From positions 34,732,464 to 34,796,463 of the forward strand of contig NC_043011.1 of the NCBI RefSeq assembly GCF_006345805.1: DNA of 64,000 nucleotides. The letters are read 5' to 3'. Of the stretch, positions 25,590-38,004 are shown piece by piece; the stretch's first letter is position 1; each line of letters starts with the position of its first letter. The stretch is from Octopus sinensis (Eukaryota). The notes under the pieces are model-generated. The model was not told the origin of the DNA. It did not search any database and saw nothing but the letters and a program-made list of their open reading frames with translations. The position numbers and the translations under genes are program-made.

Positions 25590-26293
25590 ATAAGAAATAC
25601 TAAATTTCTAAATCTCTCGTAGAGACATGTACGGTGGTGGGGCGATAGAGTGGTTGTATACTGTCAATCTAACACGAATGTGACAGTAGGGGGGTACACC
25701 ACCGCTGTATAGCCCTAGGAAGCATCGACGCCTCCTGATGGCTTTGACACATTTTTCCCTGTGTACTTATATACATTTACAAAGGGGAGACAAACACCCC
25801 CGGCCGCCGGAGCTGCATCTAGGGACACGTGTTTCAGGATCATTGTCCTTCATCGGCCTAGAGTAGCAGACACCGGTCAGCTGGCGATATTTGTCTCGAC
25901 TTCATATTGTATATATCTATAATTCAGTGAAGACTATTCACTGATTATCAAAATAAGAAATACTAAATTTCTAAATCTCTCGTAGAGACATGTACGGTGG
26001 TGGGGCGATAGAATGGTTGTATACTGTCAATCCTAGGGCTATACAGCGGTGGTGTACCCCCCTACTGTCACGTTCGTGTTAGATTGACAGTATACAACCA
26101 TTCTATCCTGAAACACGTGTCCCTAGATGCAGCTCCGGCGGCCGGGGGGTGTTTGTCTCCCCTTTGTAAATGTATATAAGGACACAGGGAAAAATGTGTC
26201 AAAGCCATCAGGAGGCGTCGATGCTTCCTAGGGCTATACAGCAGTGGTGTACCCCCCTACTGTCACGTTCGTGTTAGATTGACAGTATACAAC

Positions 26294-26300
<7 letters not shown>
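25590..26300. mobile_element. Rearranged direct/inverted repeat cluster with hammerhead (Penelope pLTR/retrozyme-like)
   Basis: 25590-25680 repeats directly at 25952-26030. 26030-26107 and 26105-26300 are inverted copies of 25657-25840. Confidence 0.6.
25819..25861 (-). ncRNA. Minimal type I hammerhead ribozyme (family C, CCGAUGA core)
   Basis: Minus strand: ctagg-CCGATGA-agga-caatga-tcct-GAAAC-acgt-GTC-cctag. Stem I is a perfect 5 bp and stem II is 4 bp. Confidence 0.7.
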
Positions 26301-26324
<24 letters not shown>

Positions 26325-26477
26325 GATAGATAGATAGATAGATAGTTATGGATAATATATATATATACACATATATATACATATACATATATATATATAT
26401 AATGGAGAAATTAAAATATATAAATAGATGAGTAACGCAATAACATGTATTACTCTTTCCATCTATTTTATTAATGC

Positions 26478-26509
<32 letters not shown>

Positions 26510-26528
26510 CACACATATACATATACAT

Positions 26529-28056
26529 GAGGAGAAGTTCCAGGTGTGGAAGGAGGGTTTAGAATCGAGGGGCCTTAGAGTCAACCTAGCTAAAACCAAA
26601 GTACTAATAAGTAGAAAGGTAGGCAATCCACAAATGTCCTCAGAAGATGCCCTGCTCGATCTGTAGAAAAGGTGTAGGTAGAACTCTATAAGATGTACCC
26701 AGTGTAAGCTATGGACACATAAGAGGTGGGCAGCAATGTCAAAGGTAGGCTAACTGGAAGATAGTTTTTATATGTGGCAGATGCTCGGGAGCATTGACCT
26801 CCGAAAATCTGCAGAACACAACTTCCGTCACTTTCTAGGGGGAAAAACTAGAAGTAGTTGATAGCTTCCGTTATCTAGGTGACCAAGTCAGTAGTGGGGG
26901 TGGGTGCGCTGAGAGTGTAACTGCTAGAATAAGAATAGCCTGGGCAAAGTTTAGGGAGCTCTTACCTCTGCTGGTGACTAAAGGCCTCTCGCTCAGAGTA
27001 AAGGGCAGACTGTATGATGCATGTGTTCGAACTGCCATGCTACATGGCAGTGAAACATGGGCCGTGACTGCTGAGGACATGCGTAAGCTCATGAGGAATG
27101 AAGCCAGTATGCTCCGATGGATGTGTAATGTCAGTGTACTTACTCGACAGAGTGTTAGTTCCCTAAGAGAAATGTTGTACATAAGAAGCATCAGTTGTTG
27201 CGTGCAAGAGAGACGATTGCGCTGGTATGGTCATGTGGCGAGAATGGATGAAGATAGGTGTGTGAGAAAGTGCCAATCCCTAGCAGTTGAGGGAACCCGT
27301 GGAAGAGGTAGACCCAGGAAAACCTGGGACAAGGTGGTGAAGCACGACCTTCGAACGTTAGGTCTCACCATGGAAATAACTAGAGACCGAGACCTATGGA
27401 AGTATTCTGTGCGTGAGAAGACCCGGCAAGACTAGTGAAGCCATAACCCGTGGCCCCTACTTGGGACGTAGTCAGTCCGCCTGTGCATACCTTCCTGCTT
27501 GTGACACTTGTGAAGACCTGTTGAGGCAAATCAAATCAAAGTCAAATTGAATCAAGTCAAACCAAATCAAAATACATGAACATCAATGGAATTTGTATCC
27601 TTGTGGTACCAGTGCCGGTGGCACATAAGAAAACCATCTGAACGGGACCGTAGCCAGTACCGCATCGACTGGCCTCCGTGCTGTGGGCACATAACAAACA
27701 CCGTCCGAGCGTGGCCGTCTGCCAGCCTCGTCTGGCACCTGTGTCGGTGGCACATAAAAACACCATCCGAGCGTGGCCGTCTGCCAGCCTCATCTGGCAC
27801 CTGTGTCGGTGGCACATAAAAACACCATCCGAGCGTGGCCGTTCGCCAGCTTCGTCTGGCACCTGTGTCGGTGGCACATAAAATCACCCACTACACTCTC
27901 GGAGTGGTTGGCGTTAGGAAGGGCATCCAGCTGTAGAAACACTGCCAGATCTGACTGGCCTGGTGCAGCCTTCGGGCTCCCCAGACCCCAGTTGAACCGT
28001 CCAACCCATGCTAGCATGGAAAGCGGACGTTAAACGATGATGATGATGATGATGAT
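26529..28056 (+). mobile_element. 5'-truncated RTE LINE with TSD
   Basis: RT C-terminus (KGLSLRVKGRLYDACVRTAMLHGSETW...KTRQD* at 27435), 3'UTR minisatellite and (GAT)n tail. atatacat flanks both ends (26521-28 and 28055-62). Confidence 0.92.
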
Positions 28057-28723
28057 ATACATTATATATATATATATATATATTCCTTATTTATAAATAA
28101 GAATGGTATTGACAGTGACTTTGAAGTTTTATCCAGTTAAGCCATTGTCAGACTGCCTCCCCAAAAGTATACAGTAATCCATCAATCCATCAGATAAATA
28201 TAAAATTGTTTTTATTACAAGCGAACATAATACAAGCATTAATAAATATACATATGTACATATAGAATTTAAAGAAGAGGAAAATAAAATCAAGTCTGCA
28301 CAAACTTACCAGTTCATTTAAATCCTTTCAATGCTGAAGTGACATAAGCAAAACCTTAAAATATTTTTATTTTTGCTTATTTCACTTCAGCATTAAATTA
28401 ATTCAAATTAACTGATAAGCTTGTCTTGCTTTGATTATGTTTTCCTCTTCTTTAAATTATACCTAGTGGCTCAAAGGTAGGCTGCAGATCATTAGTTTTC
28501 TCCCTACTGGACAGGGGCTACCTTGGCTCCAGTCACCCTGTTGTGAACTTGGATCCTAACAGCTTATCATTCAGAACACTCACCCCACATACCTATTAGT
28601 TTATGTTATGAGTGACCTAAACTCTTATATATATAGTGAGAATTTAAAGAAAAACAAAAGACAAAGATGGGTGTGTAAACAACAAACAGATGTATTGGTT
28701 TAACGCTCGGGAAGTGAGAAAGT

Positions 28724-28759
28724 CTTTTACGATTTGAGCCTATGCTCTTCAACAGAAAG
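28724..28759 (-). ncRNA. Hammerhead-like fold family G, second degenerate copy
   Basis: Minus strand: cttt-CTGTTGA-a-gagc-atag-gctc-aaatc-GTA-aaag. The surrounding 28680-28820 is homologous to 9445-9570. Confidence 0.35.
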
Positions 28760-28861
28760 GAACACAGAAATAAAAAGGGAGAGAAATTTTAAAAAAGGTT
28801 TAGTGGCTAGTGATCTATCATGGCGAATGCCGGACAGAGGGGTCACAAAGGAGAGCTAGGA

Positions 28862-28899
<38 letters not shown>

Positions 28900-29570
28900 A
28901 TATATATGTGTGTGTGTGTATATATATATATATTACATATCAATATCAATAATACAGTGATTGTTTCTTGTCAGGAACAAAAAGATTAATAGGACTGCTA
29001 TAGAAGTGCTCTATTGAAAGAGACAAATATATCAAACTAAAGTTATTGAACAAACAAATGCAAGTTCATCCGCATAGCATTTCATAATTCGAACATTTAA
29101 TCATAGAATATACATATAAACATCCCGCAAGATGGAACATAATTCATCTGTACAAGCATAAAGCATATAATAATAATAAGGTGCGAGAAAAAAAATTTTT
29201 TACATCACAGTTTAGAGTCTATCTTCTTGCTCTATTAGAGTATTTAAGCAAAATTATATTAATGTGTCTGACTGATTAAAAAATTCTATTTATTTATTTA
29301 TGCATTTAAATTGATGTAATGATTGCATTGTTCAATTAAATGGAACCGCTTCAAACGGTCTTACTGCATCACCTCTGGATATCCTGTTACTTATTTTGAT
29401 ATACATATATATATAAATAATATAACAAATATATATAATGTATATATAATATATATATATATATATCATATATATATACATATACATATATGGTGTGTGT
29501 GTTGTGTGTGTGTGTGTGTGTGTGTCTGTGTGTCTGTGTGTACGTGTATGTATATATATATATACACACA

Positions 29571-29736
29571 GGCCGGTGTAGCTGTGTGGTAAGAAGATTG
29601 CTTCCCAACTACATGGCAGCAGGTTCAGTCCCACACCATGATACCTTGAGCAAGTGTCTTTTACCATAGCATTGGGCCAACCAAAGCCTTGTGAGTGGAT
29701 TCTGTGAGACATATATACATATATATATATATATAT

Positions 29737-29790
<54 letters not shown>

Positions 29791-29985
29791 ATGTATATCT
29801 TCATGTTTGTGTCTCTTCATGTCTGTGTTTGTCACCCAACTCCACTTGACAGCTGCTGTTCATGTGGTTACATCCCAATAACTTAGTGATTCAGCAAAAG
29901 AAAACAACAGAAAAAGTACTAAAAATTCCTCAAGGTGGTGCCCCAGCATGGCCACAATCTGATGATTGAAACAAGTAAAAGAAAG
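29571..29985 (+). mobile_element. SINE family 1, diverged copy
   Basis: tagctgtgtggtaag...ggttcagtccc...ccttgagcaagtgtc, central (TA)n, tail ending tgaaacaagtaaaaga. Confidence 0.75.
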
Positions 29986-30056
29986 CGCGTGTGTGTGTGT
30001 GTGCGTTTATGTGTGTGTATATGTGTTTATATGTGAGAGTATGTGTGTGTGTGTGT

Positions 30057-30120
<64 letters not shown>

Positions 30121-30810
30121 TGTGTGTGTCTATGTGTATGTGTGTCACCTCCTCCTTTCTGAGTTTCTCTTTTTTCTTTCTCCTTCCCACACCAAAGTAC
30201 TGATATTTACCATCAACTATAATTCCAACCATCTTTATTATTCATTCACCGCATTCACTTCTGCCCCACTCTCATCCATTTTCCGTGCTCCATTTCCTCT
30301 CTCACTCTTATAAAATTACCTATCCAGCCTTTCCCAATCCTCTGTTAAAATTCTCTCTCATAACCACCTTCTTGTAACCTCATCAAATGCTCAGACTGCC
30401 AAACACACAGAAATCAGGGCATTTATCCTCATTCCAGTTCCTCTTCTATAATTCATATGAAGTTGTAAAGTGTACAGAAGTGTTTTTTCTATAGTAAGAC
30501 ATCTGTGCCTGTCCCTCAGTTGTACTTTAGCATCTCAACATTTGGCATAAAGCCACCTAACAAACCCCCAGATCAGCTGTAGTGTTTGTGGGTGTGGCTT
30601 AGCCTTTTTTTTAGTACTATTGTCCTGAAAATTCACCCAGCACATTCTGTAAGGAGGAAACCATGTCAAAGCAGACACTGGAATTCAACAGGGGGTCCTC
30701 TAGCTCACCAGATCCTTTCCAACCATCCAAACACATGCTTGCATGGAAGATGGACCTTATACATATGTGTGTTTGTGTGCGCATGTGTGTGTATGTACAT
30801 ACATGTATAT

Positions 30811-30844
<34 letters not shown>

Positions 30845-30928
30845 CTGTGTCTGTGTATATATATGCATGTGTGTGTGTTTGTACATATATGTGTGTGTGT
30901 ATGTATGAGTGTATGTGCATGTGTACAT

Positions 30929-30992
<64 letters not shown>

Positions 30993-31024
30993 CTGTCTTC
31001 CTTCTCGGGATCTTTCTTTCCTAT

Positions 31025-31059
31025 GTTTCCGACGAAGAGCTCCGCTCGAAACGCCAAAC
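31025..31059 (+). ncRNA. Minimal hammerhead fold (family E), probably inactivated
   Basis: gttt-CCGACGA-a-gagc-tcc-gctc-GAAAC-GCC-aaac. U16.1 is mutated to C. Confidence 0.5.
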
Positions 31060-31184
31060 CTCCTTCTTCCCTTTTCCTGAGCGTCCAATAATACTTTATT
31101 GTTCCACGTCCTTGCGTTGTTGCTTTTTTGTTTTTGTTTTCTTGTTTGAATTAACTTTATATATATTTTTTTTTAATTTTTATT

Positions 31185-31578
31185 TTTTTACTTGTTTCAG
31201 TCATTTGACTGCGGCCATGCTGGAGCACCGCCTTTAGTCGAGCAAATCAACCCCAGGACTTATTCTTTGTAAGCCCAGTACTTATTCCATAGGTCTCTTT
31301 TGCCGAACCGCTAAGTGACGGGGACGTAAACACACCAGCATCGGTTGTCAAGCAATGATAGGGGGACAAACACAGACACACAAACACATACATATATATA
31401 TATATATACATACGACGGGCTTCTTTGAGTTTCTGTCTACCAAATCCACTCACAAGGCATTGGTCAGCCCGGGGCTATAGCAGAAGACACTTGCCCAAGA
31501 TGCCACGCAGTGGGACTGAACCCGGAACCATGTGGTTGGTTAGCAAGCTACTTACCACACAGCCACTCCTGCGCCTAT
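31185..31578 (-). mobile_element. SINE family 1, full copy
   Basis: Near-consensus head and tail. Confidence 0.85.
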
Positions 31579-31589
31579 ATATATATATA

Positions 31590-31768
31590 TATAAAATTAG
31601 AAAAAAACCACCTTTTAACAATTCAAAATGAACAATTAAATTACACCATCTAGAAAATTACATATAATAGAAATATTAACATTAAAATAACAATAAAATG
31701 TCAATGATTAAGTAAATTGCAAAATAATAATAATAATAATAACATATATAAATTTATATACATTATTA

Positions 31769-31814
<46 letters not shown>

Positions 31815-32070
31815 TATATACGTTTATTATTATTATTATTATTATTATGTAATTTACTTAATCATTGACATTTTATTGTTATTTTAATGTTAATAGTTCT
31901 ATTATATGTAATTTTCTAGATGGTGTATTGTAATTGTTCATTTTGAATTGTTAAAAAGTGTTTTTTTCTTTTTTTTTATATATATATTATATTGCGTGAA
32001 ATTTGATTTAGTATTTCTAAATTGAATTTTTTTACTTGTAAGTTTTGGATTTTATTCCCTCAAATATTAA
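31590..32070. mobile_element. Short fold-back derivative of the 16730-19810 element
   Basis: 31590-31740 matches 16730-16875. 31840-32070 matches 19590-19810. The interior is replaced by (TTA)n. Confidence 0.75.
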
Positions 32071-32203
32071 TAATATATATATATATATATATATTATAGA
32101 CATGTATATATGTACGTACATACACACACACATACATACATACATACATACATACATACATACATACATACATACATACACATATATATAATATAGACAT
32201 ATA

Positions 32204-33492
32204 CGAGGGGCGTTCAATAAGTAATGCCCCTGACCCACTTCCCCTAGCAGTAGAGCAACGAAACTTTGCACAGTTATTAGTCTTTCTCTACATAGGAACC
32301 ACCCAGAGTTACGCATTTCTCCCATCGTTTCATGCTGCTCTGGAGACCGTTTTTGTAGAAGACCCCAGTTTGGTCCGCCAACCACGACGTGACTTCAGAA
32401 ATCAAGGCTGCATCATTTGGGAAACGCTTTCCTTTCAAAAACAACTTCATGGCTGGGAAGAGGTGAAAATCAGAGAGTGCAAGGTCAGGAGAGTTGGGGG
32501 TGGGGGAGGAGTTCATAGCCGCACGCCTGTGCTTCTGATCTGGCAACAAGCGAGTTGTGGACCGGAGCGTTGTCCTGCAGGAGGAGGATGTCTTTGCTGA
32601 TCTTGCCCCGCCTCTTGATTTTGATAGTTTCTCTTAATTTCCTCAAAAGTGAAGCATAATAGGCTCCTGTAATCGTGGTACTCTTTGCCAGGAATCTGTT
32701 ATCACTATTCTGTCCTGGTCCCAGAAGACTGTGAGCATGACCTTGCCAGCGGAGGGCTGCACCTTTGCCTTCTTTGGAGGAGGTGAGTCACGGTGCTTCC
32801 ACTGCATTGACTGGGCTTTGGTCTCTGGATCATAGTGATGGACCCAGGCTTCATCCTGTGTAATCAGTCTTTTGAAAAATTTTGACTCATCTTCTTAGCA
32901 CATCTCCAAATTCATCCTCGAGCATTCGATGTGTTCTTGCTTCTGGAAAGGCGTGAGCAACCTGGGAATCCATCTGGCAGACACCTTTTGCATATGCAAA
33001 TGGTCATGAATGATAGTTTCCACAGACCCGGTACTAATCTTGACCTCATGGGCTATTTGGCGAATAGTTATTCGTCGATCTTCCAAAATGGCAGCCTCAA
33101 CTTGACGGACAGATGCCTCATCAATGGCAGAAGGGGGCGACCAGATCTGGGAGCTGTTTCCACAGAGTTCCGACCATGTTTGAATTCACGATGCCAGCGT
33201 TTTACAAGGTCATATGATGGGGAATCATTACCATGAGTTACTTTCGTTTCATCAAAAGTCTCCCGTGGTGTGCGTCCTTTCAAATACAAAAACCAGATCA
33301 CTACTCGACACTCAACAGGCTCCATTTCACACTTGACTCAGTTCAAACACCTGTAAATCAGAAACCCCAATTAGTTCAAAGCTGTAATTTGCCACCTACT
33401 CTATAGAGATATAAATAATTGCACACGCAAAATTTCAGCTATATCAAACAAATGCAAGTGGGTCAGAGGCATTACTTATTGAACGCCCCTCG
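32204..33492 (-). mobile_element. Full-length (1289-bp) mariner transposon, irritans-like, transposase frameshifted
   Basis: TIRs cgaggggcgttcaataagtaatgcccctgacccactt and aagtgggtcagaggcattacttattgaacgcccctcg, flanked by TA. The pieces MEPVECRVVI..., KVSARWIPRLLT and SPDLALSDFHLF...WEKCVTLGGSYVEK span 33325-32277. Confidence 0.93.
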
Positions 33493-33689
33493 TAGATATA
33501 TATTGTGCTAGAAGTTTTGCAGTGTTTTGATATATCATTTCCTTCATTTCTTTCACAACAATAGCAAACTTGTAACCTGCACTCTGATTGGCTGGAGCAA
33601 ACATTTGTCATCGTGGCAACAAAAATACTCAGTATTTGCCAAGCATAAAGTGAGCTCTTCTATAGCAAGATAATGCAAGATCTCACACT

Positions 33690-34053
33690 GCTCACACTGC
33701 TCAAACGACCCAGAAAAAAATCCAGGAGTTTGAGAGAATCAAACTGGTGCCGCATCCAGCGTATAGTCAAAATCAAGCTCCCTTGGATTATTACTTGGTA
33801 TGATCCATGGTTCACTTCGTGCCCTCACAACACTTAATCAACCAAGAGAAGGTGGGAGCTTCAGTGAAGGGTTTCCTTGTGTCAATGGACAAAAACTGGT
33901 ATCTGCATGGGATCAAAGAACTGGTAGAAAGGTGGTTTCAGACAGTGCAACAGGATGGCCTCAACATTGGATGTGATGCTGTTTTAGCAGTGACATGCCA
34001 AATAATGCAAATAAGTTACCAAAATATCGTAAAACTTTTGACTCAACACAATA
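33690..34053 (+). mobile_element. Old mariner 3' fragment
   Basis: PHPAYSQNQAPLDYYL...WYLHGIKELVERWFQTVQQDG, resembling HPPYSPDLAPSDY and the C-terminal helix. Confidence 0.7.
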
Positions 34054-34059
34054 TATGAA

Positions 34060-34102
<43 letters not shown>

Positions 34103-34109
34103 AAAAGGG

Positions 34110-34445
34110 TAAAGACTCCCTTTGGTCATGAATGACCATGGGATGCACTTAGAAAGTTACCCTCTCAGGCACAAGTGTGGGCAAGGTTGTTTATGGAAGA
34201 CCAGCAGTCACCCATGCATATCAGCCTCCACTCTCCATGCCATCTATGTTATCCAAGGGAAAAAACAAAGGCCAATACAGATTGGCACCAGTGATATCGC
34301 AACTCATTTCTACAGCTGAGTGAACTGGAGCAACATGAAATAGTGTCTTGGTTAAGAACACAACACACAGCATAGTCCAGGAATTGAACTCACTACCTCA
34401 GATTTTGAGCCCAATGTTCTAACCACCGAGCCATGTGCCTTCACA
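34110..34445 (-). mobile_element. SINE family 3, full copy
   Basis: Minus strand gtgaaggcacatggctcggtggttag...gagttcaattcctggac...gtgttgtgttcttaaccaagacac, a tRNA head plus a CORE-like segment. Confidence 0.65.
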
Positions 34446-34744
34446 TCTATATATGTATACATGTGTATATGTACGCATGTTTGTTTGTATGTATGCAATG
34501 TAAGTATGCATATAATGTGTGAGGGTGTACATCCTAGTAATTAGGTGTTGCACTCTTAATCTCAAGTTTATGATTTCAGTTACTACACCAGGTGGTGCAT
34601 CGTGTCCTTAAGCAAAACACTTCATTTCACATTGCTCTGCAACCACTTTGACACCTAATGTGTGGTATACATGTGCACCTGTTCAGTCAACATTGATTTG
34701 ATGGAGGGAGTGTGTTAATGCATGACACGAACATTTGATCACTA

Positions 34745-35163
34745 AGGCTGCGAACTGGCAGAAACGTTTGCACACCAGGCGAAATGCTTAGCGGTATTTC
34801 ATCTGCCGCTATGTTCTGAGTTTAAATTCCGCCGAGGTCGACTTTGCCTTTCATCCTTTCGGGGTCAATAAATTAAGTACCATTTACGCACTGGGGTTGA
34901 TATAATCGACTTAATCCGTTTGTCTGTCCTTGTTTGTCCTCTCTGTGTTTAGCCCCTTGTGGGTAGTAAAGAAACAGGTATTTCATCTGCCACTACATTC
35001 TGAGTTCAAATTCCGCCAAGGTTGACTTTGCCTTTCATCCCTTCGAGGTCGATTAAATAAGTACCAGTTACACACTGGGGTCAATATAATCAACTTAATC
35101 CATTTGTCTCTCCTTGTTTGTCCCCTCTGTGTTTAGCCCCTTTTGGGCTGTAAAGAAATAACA
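34745..35163 (+). mobile_element. SINE family 2 with internal 181-bp tandem duplication and 15-bp TSD
   Basis: aacatttgatcacta occurs at 34730-44 and 35164-78. The gtatttcatctgcc unit begins at about 34794 and again at about 34978. Confidence 0.85.
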
Positions 35164-36274
35164 AACATTTGATCACTATAAACAAATAATTTGTCCAAGT
35201 TGTTCAGCAAGAAATTACAGAACTGACTTTCTCAGACTACACGAGACTACCATCATAGTGTCATATATTATATGTTTGCATGTGTATTCGTTATTATGTA
35301 TGTATGAATCTACATATGCATGTAGTATATTTGATGGCCTAAAAAGGTACACTGGCATATCACAATACCCCAATTTCAGCAGTACCTATTCAGAAAAATA
35401 AGTGTTTAGTGTATTAAAGTATGTAATGTCTAAGTAACTGAGCAGTCCATTGTTATGATAATCTATACATATAAAACAGGATGTGTGTCTGTCTGTGTCT
35501 TTGTCATGTCATTAAAACTCAAGACTCACCCATCCAATTTTATACATGCATTACATAGGGTCCATGGAGTTTCATGAGTGAAAAAAATTTTTGACTTCTT
35601 GCCTAATGCAGGCCAGGAGCAGGTAAACCGCATTTTTTAAGCATTTTCGCATTGAAGAGTATCCAGTTGCTTTCCTCCAAATTTGCAACAAACATTAATC
35701 AGGTTCCTCGAATTGCTGCTGACTAAAAAAAGTTTCTAACACTGACTATGGGCCCTCAAAATTGTGGATTAATCAGATTTGAGTATACTGCGCTAGGTCT
35801 TATCTTTGATTTAGGTCATTTTATGATGATAAAATATTGACACTACTTATGCATTATACATATAATATTTCATGAAAACCTTTTTGTCCAATTTGGCAGA
35901 GGAAATGAGAAGAACATTAAAATGTTTGACAGTGCCTTGTTGATGTTACCATCTCACACACCACTAGGTCATGTGCATGGGTGTGCAGCTGGGTAAAGGT
36001 ACAGCAAACCATTCATCCATTCTCCAGAAGTGCCCAATTGATGTTTCACATTACCATCCTGTGCAACGCAGCATGGCCTGGCAGCATGTCTGCTTTCTAT
36101 GTCATCCATGTCTGAACTATGTAATGCAAAATGTTCATAGAAAAAACAAACTGCTGTTGTAACTCACAGCCACTTAAGTTTGACTGCATGCCCACTTCTG
36201 GAAGCTATGCTCACCACCTGCAATTAGTTCCCCACCCACGTGTTCCCTCCCCCATTTAGTCAGACGAGTAAATA

Positions 36275-36754
36275 CAGGTTGTCCCAAAATAAATGATGAT
36301 TTGAGTGAAATCAGATGCATTTTTTAAAACTCACTTTTATTTATGTTTATTGTCTTTGATATATATTAAAATGTGTATAAATTTTGAATTTTGTTTATAA
36401 TTTTATTTTCATTCCTGTTGGACCCCTCTTATTTGTCCGTGACAGCTTTTTCTCAATTTGGTAACAATCATTTTCTTTACTTCCATCCCCATGATGGAGC
36501 AATCATGTAGCTGAGCTTAAAAGAACACATTCAGCGTTACAGAAGCTAACTCCTGAACTGCCTCTAAATGTGTTTCATAATGCTAAGGAGAGATATGAAG
36601 TATGCAGGGATACAGACATGTTGGAAATTTTCAATAAAAGTTTGATGTAAGATCTATAAATCTATTTGTTTTGGTAATAAACATAAAAATCTGTCAGTTC
36701 TTTTTTTAAAAATTTGCTCCATTTCATCGAAACAGTTAATTCTGGAACACCCTG
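36275..36754 (+). mobile_element. Tc1/mariner-type deleted element
   Basis: TA|caggttgtcccaaaat ... attctggaacaccctg|TA imperfect TIRs, with a relic transposase C-terminus (ELKEHI...NVFHNAKERYEVC). Confidence 0.6.
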
Positions 36755-38004
36755 TATGGCATAGCATTGTTAGTTGTTGCGTTGCTTGAGTAAATATTAA
36801 AATCAAAGGTCGTCTCACTGTAAACATCCCATCTTTTTGTTAAGCATATTGTACCAAGGGGTATATTATCCAAAATGTGTCTCTCCTTTATAGGCGTAGC
36901 TGTGTGGTTGAGAAGCTTGCTTTCCAACCACGTTGCCTTGGGTTCAGACCCACTGTGTGGCACATTGAGCAATTCTCTTTCATTTTACAGCTCCATGCCA
37001 ACCAAAGCCTTGTGTATTATATAATTGCCATTACTGTATTGCTATATAAAATAACACATACAACTCACTTATTATTGTCATATAATAAACAAACAGAAGT
37101 TCATGTATGAAATTGATCTTTTTTCTACTTCAATTATTTTCTCTTATAAAATACAAACATACAGGAGGAGTAAATTTATGTATATAATAACACTCTGAAT
37201 GTGGCTCCCAAGAAAGAGTAAAAGAAAGAGTAATTACCCGATCAATGACAGGTCTTACTGCTAGTTTTTTTTATATAGTACAAATAATAATAACAATTTT
37301 TAAGTAAATATTATTTTGAAGCTAAGCAGAAAAAACAATCTGGATTAAAATTAACTTATAGTAGTGAGTATTAGAAATAAAATTAAGCTTATGAGAAGCT
37401 CAACATTGCATAAAGGGAATTTTATATGTCATCAAATACAGTATATCTTTTATATTCTACTGGTTTCAGTCTGTGGCCATGCTGGGATGTTGCTTTGAAG
37501 AGTTTAGTTGAACAAATCAATACCAGCTCATATTTTTAGTCGGTCAGTCACTTTTGCCAAAAGGCTAAGTTACAAGGATGTAAACAAACCAACACTGGTT
37601 ACCAATCATTATATGTGTATGTGTGTGTGTGTGTGGAGAAATACAAACACCAAATATACATACATACACACACACACATAAAACAGGCTTCTATATAATT
37701 TCCTTCTACCAATTTCACTCACAAGGCTATAGTAGAAGACACTTGCCAAGACTGAACACAAATACAGCGGGACTGAACCCAAATCTCAAAGCTACATGGT
37801 AGCAAAACAAACTTCTTAACCACATAGTCATGTCTGCAACAATTTTGCATGCCTCCGGCATGGGAACCAGTCAGTGGGCGCTGGAATTGGCCACGTTCAG
37901 ATGGTGCTTTTTATGTGTGTGCGTTTGTGTGTGTTTATGTGTATATGTATGTATATATGTTATATGCATGTATATATGTATGCATGTATGTATGTATACT
38001 CATT

